Of a stretch of 64,000 nucleotides of DNA, positions 1 to 12,920 are shown in pieces. The notes beneath the pieces were generated by a model, which saw nothing but the letters and a program-made list of their open reading frames with translations, was not told where the DNA came from and did not search any database. Numbering within the stretch: position 1 is the stretch's first letter; the number at the start of each line of letters is the position of its first letter. The position numbers and the translations under genes are program-made. Where the stretch lies: the NCBI GenBank assembly GCA_043228905.1, contig JBHGNT010000005.1, positions 24,304,001 to 24,368,000 of the forward strand, in the 5' to 3' direction. The DNA comes from Azolla caroliniana. Lineage: Eukaryota > Plantae > Polypodiophyta.

Positions 1-3000
1 ACTTCAACTTCTGGAAGGAGCAAATGCAAGATTATTTAATAGTCAAGGGGAAAATCGATCCCATCGAAAATGAAAATGCTCCAGAAGGATATAAGCCCCT
101 TGAATGGGAGAAGCTCGACAGAATTGTCCGAGCCACAATTCGGATGCACCTATCGGAGTCTGTGTACTCTACGGTGCAACCATGTTCGACTGCCTTCCAA
201 CTATGGAAGAAATTTTTGGACACTTACGAAAAGAAGGTCGCCGTCACGAAGATATATTTGATACGACGCCTTTATAACCTTTGGATGAAAGAATCTGATT
301 CGGTCCAGGCACACCTCAATGAGTACGAAAGTCTAAACTCCCAAATTTCGGCACAAGGGACGAGTATCGAGGATGAACTAAGAGCAATACTGCTTATGAG
401 TAGTCTCCCTCCTTCGTGGGAAATTTTCATCACAACTGTGTGCAACTTATCAACTGCGGCCGTGAAATACTCCTCAATCATGAGCGCAATTCTGATTGAA
501 GCAACTCAGAGGAAATTGTTTGCAAATGATTTGACCAATATTGTGTATGTAGTACAAGGTTCGACCGACTGACTGAACAACTGAGGAAGAGGTTCTTCAT
601 GACAGCCAAACAACCAGCGAAGTCGGAGCAAGTCCTGGGATAATCGAGTCTACAACTATTGCAAGAAACCCCGACACATCAAAGCCGATTGTCATGCACT
701 CAAGGATGGAAATGATAAGGCTCAACGAGCGGATCAGAAGAGTGACCGGCATGAGGAGATCAACTACATCGGCTCGTCAATCGAAGTATTGTCGAACGAC
801 CCGAACATTCTATCGATTGAAAACCCAGTCGAATCAGAAATTCTGCTTACGATTGAGGAATCAAGCACATGGCTCTTGGATTTGGGCGCTTCATATCATG
901 TGACACCTCATCGATCACAATTTTGGCAATAATCTGCCCAACATACTGACTCAGTTTGAGTCGGAAACTCGCAATAGTGCACGATTATCAGAATCGGCAC
1001 AGTAGAGCTCAACCTCTCGGGCGGCTCTACACTAGTACTACATAGTGTCCAACATGTACCTGAGCTCTCAAGACCTTTGATCTCAGTTGGACAATTGGAT
1101 GAAGATGGCATCCGTGCCGACTTCTCATCAGGAGGGTGGACACTCCACAGGGGAAACCTCCTGCTTGCTCGAGGACCGAAAGTACACTCGTTGTACCCAC
1201 TATATGTCACACTCAGAGAGGGTGAATTGTTCTTGGTCGACATTCTCGTGTCATGACTTTGGCATGGAAGACTCGGACACCTCAGCAAGGCCGGCATCAC
1301 ACATTTATCCATAGCCGGATACATCCTCAAACTCTCCTTCTCGGATCATCAGTTCTGCGACCATTGCCAATACAGCAATCCGATATCAACACAAAAAGAA
1401 TCGAGTCCCCTTGATTTGGTCCACTCGGACGTCTTTGGTCCTATGCCACATTAGTCTCTTGGCAGTGCCCTGTATTTCGTCAGCTTTATTGATGACTCGA
1501 CTCAGAAGGTGTGGGCTTACCCAATTAAAACTAAAGATCGAGTGTTCTCGATTTTTTCTGATTGGTTCACTATGGTTGAGAATTAGTCTGCTGAAACTGA
1601 AATGCTTTCAGACTAATAACGGGGGAGAGTTCAAATAAGAGGAATTCGTCAAATTTTGCCAACAACGCGGCATAAGACGTTGTCGTGTTATTCTGCATGC
1701 GCAGGAGAAACCAAGGCGGGACTACGGGGGCCCTGAATCAAGGAATAACCGAACAGAGGGAGGAGTGATACAAAACCATGGCCGAGTCACGCACACAAAT
1801 ACACAGAGAACTCACAACGAAGATCGAACAACAAATAAGGCAAATATATACTTATGATCAAGATTACAGCCGGCTAGCCGGTAAGCGTCAACGTGCTTAC
1901 ACCAACTCACACAACGCGAGATGGAGCCTCTGACGGAAGCACTCAGGCTTTCCACGAAGCAGAGGCAGCCTCCCAAAACCTGCAGAGAACAATGAAAGAT
2001 AGAGGAGAAGAGTTCGGTCCCAGTCCGACAACACTTTGTCCTCGACTACCCGATCCCCACTCAGTCCCTTTTCCTCTCCTTTTATAGCCCAAGGAGAGAG
2101 GGACGTTACAATATGTTACATCACTTTTATTCTCTGTCCTTTCAGACAGAGATACCCCTTGATTCCCTACCTAACGAATATGCGCTACCTAGGATATTCA
2201 CATCGCCGATCTGTACCTAACTATGTACAATACATCAAAACATGTGCCCGCGTGTAAGGGCTGGTTCACGCACACTATTCACCGATTCCTCCTAGGGACG
2301 GTTTTCTCCACGAGATCCGCCCCCACCGATAAACCTTTGCTAGAGAAGACCGGCCCGCGCATTCACGTCAGGTTCACCAAATTATGTCATGTTATTCTGC
2401 ACACGCAGGAAAAACCAAGGCAGGACCGTGGGGGCCCTGAATCAAGGAATAACCGAACAGAGGGAGGAGCAACACGAAACCACGACCGAGCCACGCGCAC
2501 AAATACATAGAGAACTCACAACGAAGATCGAACAACGAATAATGCAAATATATACTTATGATCAAGATTACAACTGGCTAGCCAATAAGCATCAACGCGC
2601 TTACACCAACTCACACAACGCACACAAACAACGCGAGATGGAGCCTTTGCCGGAAGACAGAGGAAAAGAGCTTGGTCCCAGTCCGACAACACTTCGTCCT
2701 CGACTACCTGATCCCCACTCAGTCCCTTTTCCTCTCCTTTTATAGCCCAAGGTGAGAGGGACGTTACAATCTGTTACATCACTTTTATTCTCTATCCTTT
2801 CGGACAGAGATACCCCTTGATTCCCTACCTAACGAATACACACTACCTAGGATATTCACATCGTCGATCTATACCTAACTATGTACAATACATCAAAACA
2901 TGTGCCCGCGTGTAAGGGCCGGTTCACGCACACTATTCACTGATTCCTCCTAGGGATGGTTTTCTCCATGACAACGTGAATTTACGGCACCATATAGTCC

Positions 3001-3083
3001 GGAGCAGAACGGAATTGCCGAGCACATGAATTGGACAATTGCCCTGGACTATGAGACGGCTCTTGGACAAAGGCACTGCTTAT
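1..3083 (+). mobile_element. Degenerate Ty1/Copia element (gag, zinc knuckle, protease, integrase), interrupted at 1681-2973 and cut at 3083
   Basis: ORF 24..572 is Copia gag-like (LLMSSLPPSWE). It is followed by a YNYCKKPRHIKADC knuckle, a WLLDLGASYH protease motif and integrase LVHSDVFGP...FIDD. GIRR/EFTAPYSPEQNGIAE reads through once the insert is removed. Confidence 0.9.
1681..2973 (-). mobile_element. Non-autonomous TRIM-like LTR element of the Trp-primed Gypsy group
   Basis: Two similar LTRs (1681-2315, 2385-2973) flank a 69-bp interior with a tRNA-Trp PBS (2363-2379) and a PPT (2316-2327). Exact 4-bp TSD ACGT at 1677-1680 and 2974-2977. Confidence 0.92.
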
Positions 3084-3737
3084 TGTCATAGACATATAAT
3101 GCTACGAAGGAAGGTAGGGATTGAACCCAAGACCTCATGGTCTCTATTGGGCAAGCCTACCAATTGAACTACATATGCATCCGTGTACCAAATCCAACTT
3201 CATGTAGTGTAGATTGAACATTGGAGGTTTCTAGGTTGCACACATTCTCATGCATTCTCTATTGCATGCATCCTCATGCATCCTCTATTGCATGCATCCT
3301 CATCCATACTCTATTTCTAGCTGGCTTACATAGCCCTACCTTCTTGTATAAATACTCAGGTGCACCTTGATTATAATCAAGGTGAACAACACTAGTTACG
3401 GATTCTACCATGTCCGGCTCTGTTGAAAACCTAAACCAAATCATGACAGCCTTGCAACAACTTCAGCTAGAGAATGAAATCCTTCGGGAATCGTTATGAG
3501 AATCTTCAAGAAATCCACCACCCGCCGAGTCACATCCATCGTCGGCACCTAGCCCGACTACGTCCTCTCTTAGAAAACGTCATCGCTTTCATTGAGGATC
3601 TCGAAGCGACATTTGGCGAGACAGACCGGTGATGAACGACACTCACAAAGCTTTATTCTTTCCAACAAGGCTCACGTCCAGCCTCGGTCTACGCCTCAGA
3701 GTTCCGTCAGATTTCCTGTTATGTTAGTTGGGATGAC
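3084..3737 (+). mobile_element. Tcn1-like chromoviral Gypsy: 5' LTR remnant and degenerate gag start
   Basis: Starts TGTCATAG inside the Copia integrase, with a TATA at 3347. ATG at 3410 (MSGSVENLNQIMTALQQLQ) leads to the Retrotrans_gag-like FIEDLEATFGE...QQGSRPASVYASEFRQ. Confidence 0.75.
3113..3178 (-). other. tRNA-like (Pol III A/B-box) segment inside the Tcn1-like LTR
   Basis: Minus strand reads TGTAGTTCAATTGGTAGGCTTGCCCAATAGAGACCATGAGGTCTTGGGTTCAATCCC, which aligns with the SINE heads at 52478 and 63855-63915. Confidence 0.7.
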
Positions 3738-4615
3738 TGTTGGGAGACAGGTCCCTCCGGATGGGAAAGGAGAAGAACAGTGTTGATGAACAAACCGTAT
3801 GACGAGTACCCGGCCACGGAGAGCCGGATGGTGCAGACCCGGTGAAGACCGGATGAGGAGTACCCGGCTACGGAGAGCCGGATGGTGCAGACCCGGTGAG
3901 AACCAGATGAGGAGTACCCGGTTATAGAGAGCCGGATGGTGCAGACCCGGTGAGAACCGGATAAGGAGTACCCGGTTACGGAGAGCCGGATGGTGTAGAC
4001 CCGGTGAGGAATGCTCACCGGATGAAGAGACATATTCGTAAATATGTTTCTGAGAGTCCATCGAGGCTATATTTGTAAATAGCCGAAAAGTCATATTAGT
4101 ATAAATATGACTTAGGGCAAACTTTTTAGTGACAGTTGTTGTCATTCTTGTTGGTGCAAGGTGAGAGACAGCGCGTAACTGTGTACAGAGAGAGAGAGAC
4201 AGAAAGAGGTCGTTGCCTCTGTTGTAACTGCCGCTTGTGGCGAAGATTGTGAGCACGAGGTCGTTGCCTACGTGAACTCACTGTTGTATATTCTAACATA
4301 GTGATAGTTTGCAGCTTGTGGGCTGCCGTGGTTTTTCCCTGTTTGGGTTTTCCACGTAAACATCCTGTGTACTCGTCTCCTCTTCGTGTCGTTCTTTATT
4401 TCCCGTTTTCTGTGTATGATTCTAAGCTCGGCTGTGGCCGAGCGTTGCGTGTAGGGAGTGTGTTGTTCCCTTCAAGTGGTATCAGAGCGAAACGACACAG
4501 AAAATGGACGAATCGTTTGGCAGCATGTTCAAGCTCACCGGCTCCAACTATTTAGTGTGGAAGTCGAAGATGAGGGACATGCTCGTGGTTAAAGACCTCT
4601 GGCTGCCGGTTCAGA
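3738..4615 (+). mobile_element. Tork-like Copia 5' LTR, PBS and gag start (rest deleted)
   Basis: TGTTGGG start; LTR homologous to 8108-8677; PBS TGGTATCAGAGC at 4477; gag MDESFGSMFKLTGSNYLVWKSKM. Confidence 0.9.
3800..4030 (+). repeat. 54-bp tandem repeat array in Copia U3 (about 4 units)
   Basis: Repeated GAGTACCCGG(C/T)TACGGAGAGCCGGATGGTGCAGACCCGGTGA unit. Confidence 0.9.
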
Positions 4616-7600
4616 AAACAATAAATACATCAAAACATGTGCCCGTGTGTAAGGGCCGGTTCACGCACACTATCCACCAATTCCTCCTAGGGACGGTTTT
4701 CTACATGACATCCGCCCCCACCTAACCACGCATCCTCCGGTATGCGCTAGAATAGACTTCTACTGGAGAAGACCGGCCCGTGATTATCTTTCGCTCTCCA
4801 GTTCGCCATCCGCTCTGAACCAGTCATCATCGCCATCCATGCCCTCTGGGTCTGGTTCGTCCTCGTGCCGCTTCTTGAACGCCTTGATCCTCTTCCGGGA
4901 TACCGGCATAGCTATTCTCGTTCCGTAGAGCTCCACAAGATGGTAGGTGCCGTTGTCGTTGGCGCTTGTCACCACGTAAGGCCCGAACCACCTTCTCGCA
5001 AACTTTCGCATTGCCTTGTGCCAATTGTCGAGGCTATTGTCGTAGACCAGAACCCAGTCGCCTTCCTCGATTTTCTTTGGTCGTAGTTAGTGAGTCCGGT
5101 CGAATCGCCCCTTGTTCTTTGTCCTTGCGCACGCAGCTTCGCCGTTGCTCATTCTATGTCCTCCAGTCTTCGCTCGAGTTGTTGGATTCGCGCCGCTAAC
5201 AACTCTTCCCGGCTCATCTCATTTCTCCAGTCCACCGCGGCCCATGAGGAGATCGTTCTCTCCATCGGCATGATCGGCTTCTGCCTGTACATCAGCTCTA
5301 CCGGCATGAACCTGGTTACTGAACTGGGCGTAGTTCGGTCTGTCCACAATGCATAGGGTAGGAGCCGCAACCAGTTTCCGACTTGGCCTCCGCAAGCCCA
5401 TACCAACGCTTTTATGATTGGCCTGTGTCCACGCTCCACCTTCCCGTTTGCCTCCGGATTGTACGCCGTGGTGAGCGAGAGTTTAACCCCTAACCATTCA
5501 AATAGCTCTTCGGCCTCTTGCGCATCCAGTTCTCCACAGTCTGCTACGATCTTCCCTACGCACCCGTACCGACATACCACCTCCTCTATTAGGAACCGAC
5601 ACACGATCGCGGTCATCTTGTTTGGTAATGCTCGGCCCTCCACTTGGTTCGTTAGATCCTCTCGTGCTAGCACCAGGTATCGCATCTGCCCTATCCCTAT
5701 CGGCATTGTCACCAGGTCCACCATCCACTTGAAGTGGACGTTCGGCGAGTAAGTCGGGTGCAGCTCATCTCGATGTTGGACTATGAAATGCATCTAACAA
5801 CTTTCACAAGACGTTACGAACTGATGCACATCCCGGTGTCCGGCCCAAGGACTCTCGTGGTACGCTGTCAACAATGCTTCCTGCTCCTCCTTCCTCGCCA
5901 CTACCTGGAGTGGGACGCCATCTCGCTTCTTCGGGTGCTTCCATATGCTCCCGTCCCGTAGGAAGAATCGATACGCTTTCTTCCAAATCTGGTTAGCCTC
6001 TTCCTTTGTCCATGCCCCGTCCGACACCATCGTTTTCAGGAACCCACCGATCTGGAGCCACTCCCCGTCGTACTTTCTCTCGTCGAACTCGTTACGCGCC
6101 GGAGTGCTCCCCTTCCTCGTCGTCATGTAAGTCGTCCTGAAGAAGTCTACGCCAACTTCCTCGTCATCAAACCTTGCTCTTGAAAGCATGTCAGCCATGG
6201 CGTTGTCTTTCCCTGAGATGTGTCGTATCTCCGGAATCAGGGACTTAATGTACGCTATCCATGGGAGCATTCCCAGGTCTGGCATCGCACATATGGAAAC
6301 AATACCGAAAATCGGTAGGCCATCCGTCTCTATTATTACCTCTGTCCCGATCAGGTAGTCTTTGTCGGCCTTGACCGCCTAAATGATACCCCAGAGTTCG
6401 CGTTTAACCTGGGCATATCCTCGTTGTCGCGCACTAAGTACTTTCGCACCGAACCAGATGGGGACCCTCGCGCGTTCTCATCCTCCTGGTTGATCACCTA
6501 TCTGATCCCGGTCGGACTCGTGTCTACGGTTACATAAATCGAAACGTGTTTATCGTAGACCGCTTTCCAAAGTGTCGGTGTCGCGGCAAGCGCTTCTTTC
6601 ATTCTCCGGACCAACTCCTCATGCTCCTTGCTCCACTCAAACTTACGCCCTTTCTTCGACAACCCGTAGAGTGGCTCCGCGATCTGGGCGTAATGCGGGA
6701 TCCAAATGTGGTAGAACGCGCAAGCTCCCAAGAACCTTCAGACTTCTGTAACCGACTTGCAATCTTCCTTCATCGCGGAGATAGCTTCCACTTTAGCCGG
6801 AGACGGTTTCCGGCCATAAGGCCCACACAAGTGTCCGATGACCATAATTTCTGATTTTCCGAAAGCTGACTTCTCCCCGGAGAAGGTGAACCGCGCGCGC
6901 CTTCTAGTCTTTGCAGCACCTTCTCGCAGTCTCCGATGTGGTCCGAGACAAATTTCCGACACCCGTCCGGTTCGACCGTTTCGTCCTTATCCTCCACCGG
7001 ACATCCCTTGATCGGAATGTCATCCAAAAATGGCATGGTGATGTCCGAGATGCAGTCCCTTAGTACCTTATTCATCGCATTCACCATGTGCGCTACCGAG
7101 TTTGTCCCTCCTTGCAGAAGGGTACACATCCGCACTAGGCCGAGAGGAGTCCACATTGTCGTAATATCCCTGCTCTCAACGGCTAGTTGGAATTGGTCGT
7201 ACCCCAAATACAGGTCCCCGACCAAGTAAATCGACCTTCCGGCAAAGGCCTCCGCGAACTCGTCAATGGTCGGTACAATTCTTGCGTTCCAAATGGTCAC
7301 CTTGTTGACCGGTTGTAGGTCCTCAATAAAGCGCAACGTGCCGTTCTTCTTTGGCACGGTAAACCACCGATTCGAGTATGGGGCACTCGATGGTTCGAGG
7401 GTGCCCATCTCCACCTTCTGCTTTAGCAGTTCCATCAGCTTCGAGATGTGAGCTTTGGGTACTGGAATTGGTTTGAGATTCCACGGCACATGCGGTACCG
7501 TGAAGATAACCATCGGCTCAATGACCGTCGGGTCTACGCACCCGATCTCTTCCGGCGAGAATGCGAAGGCCTTCCCGTGCCTCCCGAGCATTCTCTGAAA

Positions 7601-8705
7601 CCGTTCCTCCTCAACCGGAAGAAAGCCACCCCCACCAACCTTGAGCTCCCGTAGCGTTATGTTGGTGAACCGGTGGCCTATGCCGGCCAGATCCCATAGA
7701 CTTGGGTTCGACGTGACCCCTTTCTTTCGTAACTCGCTGCCCTCTTGCAAGGTTGCTACAATTGGCCTCACCTTCTGGTCCATAGTCTTGTACTTTGTAT
7801 GCACATGGGCCGTCCGATCCGACTCGATCCCTCTTTCGAAGTCGGCGATGACTTTGTACATCCGTTCCGAACTAACCGGAATCGTCTGGTCTTCACCGAG
7901 GCCTTCTTCGAGCACGTTCCTCAGATCTCCCAAGGTATCGTCAAAAGAGACCGCCTCCACGGCGCTGCCTATCACTTCGTCAGGGCCGAGGACTCCGCAC
8001 GCCCTGAGACGTTCCTCTGCCCGCTTCTTCTCCGAGCCACTAATGCTGGTTATTGTACATCCTCCGTTGTCAGAGAACCAAAATTTCCCGTCTATCGTAC
8101 AGGGTTTTGTTGGGTGGCAGGTCCCTCCGGATGGTGCAGACCCGGTATGAACCGGATGAGGAGTACTCGGGTACGGAGAGCCGGATGGTGCAGACCTAGT
8201 ATGAACTGGATGAAGAGACATATTCGTAAATATGTTTCTGAGTGTCCATCGAGGCTATACTTGTAAATAGCCGAAAAGTCATATTAGTATAAATATGACT
8301 TAGGGCAAACTTTTAGTAAGTTGTTGTTGTTCATTTTCTTGTTGGTGCAAGAAAAGAGAGTGTGTGTGTAACTGTACAGAGATAGAGAGAGAGAAAGAGA
8401 AAGAAGTCGTTGCCTCTGTTGTAACCGCCGCCTGTGGCGAAGATCTGTGAGCACGAGGTCGGTGCCTCAGTGAACTCACGGTTGTATATTCTTACATAGT
8501 GACAGTTTGCAGCCTGTGGGCTGCCGTGGTTTTTCCCCTAGTTTGGGGTTTTCCACATGAACCTCCTGTGTATCTCCCTCTTCTTCTTGTCGTGTTTTAT
8601 TTCCCGTTTTCTGTGTATGATCCTAAGCTCGGTTGTGGCCGAGCGTTGCGTATAGGGAGCGTTGAGTTCCCGTCAAGTGGTATCAGAGCGAAATCGACAC
8701 AGAAA

Positions 8706-11700
8706 ATGGACGAATTGTTTGGCGGCATGTTCAAGCTCACCGGCTCCAACTATTCAGTGTGGAAGTCGAAGATGAGGGACATGCTCGTGGTTAAAGACCT
8801 CTGACTGCCGGTTCAGTTCGGGGACAAGAGAACAGACAAAATCGACGCCGCGATATGGGAGGTGATGCACATGAAGACAACGGCGTACATATAGTGCTTC
8901 ATCGACATGAGCCTGTACAACAATTTCAATGAAGAGAGCAAGGCTCATGAGCTCTGGGAGAAGATCGGCATAATGTTTCAGAACAAAAATGTTGTCAATC
9001 AGGTGTCGGTATTCCAGAAGCTAGTAAGACTCCGGTACCAAGATGGCTCCAGCATGGCGGAGCACATGAATGCCTTCCAGGGGCTGATCCACCAGGCAAC
9101 TTCATTGGAAGTACCTCTCGCCGATGAGGTACTAGCGCTACTCCTGCTCGGTTCCCTCCCGGATAGCTGGGAGACATTGGTTGTCACCTTGCGCAACGCC
9201 GGGCCGGAAGGAAAACGGTTATCCCTAGCAAGAGTAAAGTCGAGCTTGCTAGATGAGGAGGCGCGTCGGAAAGATAAAGATACGAGCTCCGACTCCAAAG
9301 CGCTCCTTACCGAATCGGAACGCGGAAGACATAGAAACCGTAGTCCCCAAAACCGGGAGAAGTCGGGGACACGGTCAAAGTCAAGGGGGAGGCCCACTTG
9401 CTTCTATTGCGGCAAGTCGTGTCACTTCCAAAAGAACTGTCGGCATTTCCGTAAAGACAAGGAAATCGACGGTACCGATTCGAAGTGGACCCCGGACCGG
9501 AACGGTAAAGACCGGAAGTGGACGGACCGGAAGGGAACGACCGCAATCGCGGCAAGTGAAGAAGAGTTGATGCTCATCACCGAGGAGAGTGAGATAAACC
9601 TTGCCGGCGACGAGATGACCTGGGTGGTAGACTCCGAAGCAGCGTTCCACCTTACCCCGGACCGGAAATGCTTCTCATCCTACTCAGCCGGTGACCACGG
9701 CTGTGTCCGGATGGGGAATGAAGGTACATGCCGAATTGTCGGCATAGGAGACGTGTGGCTGTCAACACCAACCGGATGCAAGTTGCTGCTGAAGGATGTC
9801 CGACACGTTCCGGAGGTTCGTCTGAACCTGATATCAGCCGGTCGGCTAGATGATGAAGGCTACACGGGTAGCATCCGGAACGGTGTCATGAAGTTCAGCA
9901 AAGGGAGCCTGATTGTGGCTCGGGCCCGGAAGGTCAACACACTGTACTTGATGAATGCCTGGTTATACCCGGAAGAAGTGAACATGGCATCCGACACTGC
10001 CGGTGAGCTGTGGCACAAGAGGCTGTGTCATATGAGCGAGAAGGGGATGAAGAGGCTTGCAGACGACAACCTCATTCCAGTGAAGAACGTGCACTTAGAG
10101 AAGTGCACTGATTGTCTGGCCGGTAAGCAAAACCGGACCTCCTTCCAACCAAGGCCACCGATGAGACGTAATGCACCACTGGAGTTGGTGCATACGGATG
10201 TGTGTCAAGTAGACACAAAGTCACATGCCGGAGCACAGTACTTCGTGACATTCATAGATGACCACAACCGGAAGCTGTGGGCCACACCGTTGAAGACGAA
10301 GGCTCAGGTGTTATCCGTCTTCAAAGAGCTCCACGCGAGAGTGGAAAGAGAAACTGGCCGGAAGCTAAAGGCGGTTCGAGCAGATAACGGAGGAGAACAC
10401 CGGGGGCAATTCGAGGAGTACTGTCGCTCGAAGGGAATCCGGCTCGAATGTACCGTGCCGAAGACGCCGGAACTAAACGGACTGGCCGAGAGGATGAACC
10501 GGACCATAATGGAGAGGGTTCACAGTATGCTAGCGCATGCAAAACTACCCAAGAAGTTTTGGGCTGAGGCACTGTCGACGGCGACATATGTGATAAATAG
10601 ATCACCCTCAGTACCCTTGGACGGAGACACGCCACAGAGAGTGTGGACCGGTAAGGAAGTATCCTACCGGCATCTGAAGGTGTTCGGGTGTCTCGCGTAC
10701 GTGCATGTAGCTAAGGACCGGAGAGGAAAGTTAGATCCAAAGACCCGGCGATGCATATTCCTCGGTTACGGTGACGATGAGTTCGGCTACCGAGTGTGGG
10801 ACCTGGTCGACAAGAAGGTATTCCGGAGTCGAGATATTATCTTCATGGAGGACAAGACGCTCGCCGACTGGGAGTCGGAGAAGAAGATAATGAACTCCGA
10901 GTCGACCAGTAAGCACTCGAGGGACCAGCCGGTTACGGTGAGGATACCGAACAGGCTGAAGGAGAAGTAGAGGAAGCTGAAACCGGAACCGGCCAAGACC
11001 CCGAATCAGATTTGGATGAAGAGCAGATGGATGAGCCGGTCACCGAAGCCCAGAGATGGAGATATCCTCTCAGAGAGAGAAGGCCCCCCCCGGAGATTTC
11101 CGGATGCAGAGCATGTTCTGCTGACCGATGAAGGGGAACCGGAAAGCTTCGAAGAAGCGAAGGAAGACATCCACAGCCGAAAATGGTTAAGTGCCATCCA
11201 ATATGAGATGGATTCCCTGCATGAGAACCATACGTACGAATTGATGGAGTTGCCGAAAGGAAAGCGGGCACTCCGAAACAAGTGGGTGTACAAGTTGAAA
11301 CCGGGAGATGCCGGCAACCCCCCGAGATACAAAGCCAGGATCGTGGTGAAGGGGTTCTAGCAGAAGAAGGGCGTGGACTTCGACGAGATATTTGCCCCGG
11401 TAGTAAAGATGACCTCCATCCGGACGGTGCTGAGTATAGCGGCAAGCATTGACCTCGAGGTAGAGCAGCTAGACGTGAAGACGACATTCCTTCACGGCGA
11501 CCGCGAAGAGGAGATCTACATGCAGCAACCAGAAGGTTTTCGTGAAGAAAGGGAAGGAGCACCTGGTATGCCGGTTGAAGAAGAGCCTCTACGGGTTGAA
11601 GCAGGCCCCCCGGCAATGGTACCGAAAGTTTGACTCCTTCATGACCGATCAAGGGTACCGCAAGACGCAGGCCGATCACTGCGTGTTTGTGAAGAAGTTC

Positions 11701-12692
11701 GAAGGAGGCGACTTCCTAATACTCCTTCTGTACGTCGATGACATGTTGATTGTCGGACGTGACCAAGTCAAAATACGGATGCTGAAGAAGGCTCTAAACC
11801 GGACCTTCTCAATGAAAGACTTGGGTCCGGCAAGACAGATGATGGGGATGCACATCATTCGAGACCGGTCAGAGAAGCAATTATGGCTGTCACATGAGAA
11901 GTACGTGACAAAGGTGCTTCACCGGTTCAACATGTCAGATGCGAAACCGGTCGGATCGACACTTCCGGCAAACTGCAAGCTGTCCGGTAAGCAAAGCCCG
12001 AAGACGAAAGCAGAGAAGGCGGATATGATGAAGATTCCATATGCCTCTGCCGTCGGGAGCTTGATGTATGCAATGGTTTGTACCCGACCGGACATAGGAT
12101 ACGCAGTCGGAGTGGTGAGCCGGTTTATGAGCAATCCCGGCAAGGAGCACTGGAACGCGGTCAAATGGATACTCCGGTATTTGAAGGGCACTTCAAATAT
12201 GTGTCTCTGATTCGGTTCCGGAAAACTAGCCGGTCGGACATGTCGGCTGATGTGGATACCAGCCGGTCTACATCTGGGTGTGTAATGACATATGCAGGGG
12301 GAGCTGTTTCGTGGCAGTCGAGGCTGCAAAAGACGATTGCATTGTCAACCACGGAGGCGGAGTATATGGCGGCTGTGGAAGCCGGCAAGGAAATATTATG
12401 GATGAAGGACTTCATCGGAGAGCTCGGTATCCGGCAAGAGGAATATCGACTCTATTGCGATAGTCAAAGTGCCATCCACCTTGCTAAGAATGCGGCCTAC
12501 CATTCCCGGATGAAGCATATCCAGCGGAGGTATCACTGGATCCGGGAAAGAGTAGATGACCAGGAGTTCGCACTGACGAAGATTCACACGGCTGAGAACG
12601 GGTCAGATATGCTGACCAAAGTGCTGACACCCGACAAGTTGGACGCATGCCAGAAGAGGATCGGACTGGTAAGACACCCCATGCAGGAGTGA
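8706..12692 (+). pseudogene. Copia gag-pol polyprotein with a few stops and frameshifts
   Basis: ORFs 8907..10970, 11016..11360, 11373..11633, 11542..12210 and 12078..12692 carry the CFYCGKSCHFQKNC knuckle, WHKRLCH, YVDDML and HSRMKHIQRRYHWIRE motifs. Confidence 0.93.
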
Positions 12693-12721
12693 AGGGGGAG
12701 TTTGTTGGGTGACAGGTCCCT

Positions 12722-12920
12722 CCGGATGGTGCAGACCCGATATGAACCGGATGAGGAGTACCCGGCTACAGAGAGCCGGATGGTGCAGACCCGGTATGAA
12801 CCGGATGAGGAGTACCCGGCTACGGAGAGCCGGATGGTGCAGACCCGGTATGAACCCGATGAGGAGTACCCGGCTACGGAGAGCCAGATGGTGCAGACCC
12901 GGTATGAACCGGATGAAGAG
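12722..12920 (+). repeat. 54-bp tandem repeats in the 3' LTR (about 3.7 units)
   Basis: Units start at 12722, 12776, 12830 and 12884. Confidence 0.92.

Noticed and set aside
12722-12920. Regular repeats resembling a CRISPR array or a repeat protein (MVQTRYEPDEEYPATESR)n
   Set aside because: Contiguous tandem units with no unique spacers, inside an LTR. The open frames follow from a 54-bp (multiple of 3) unit.
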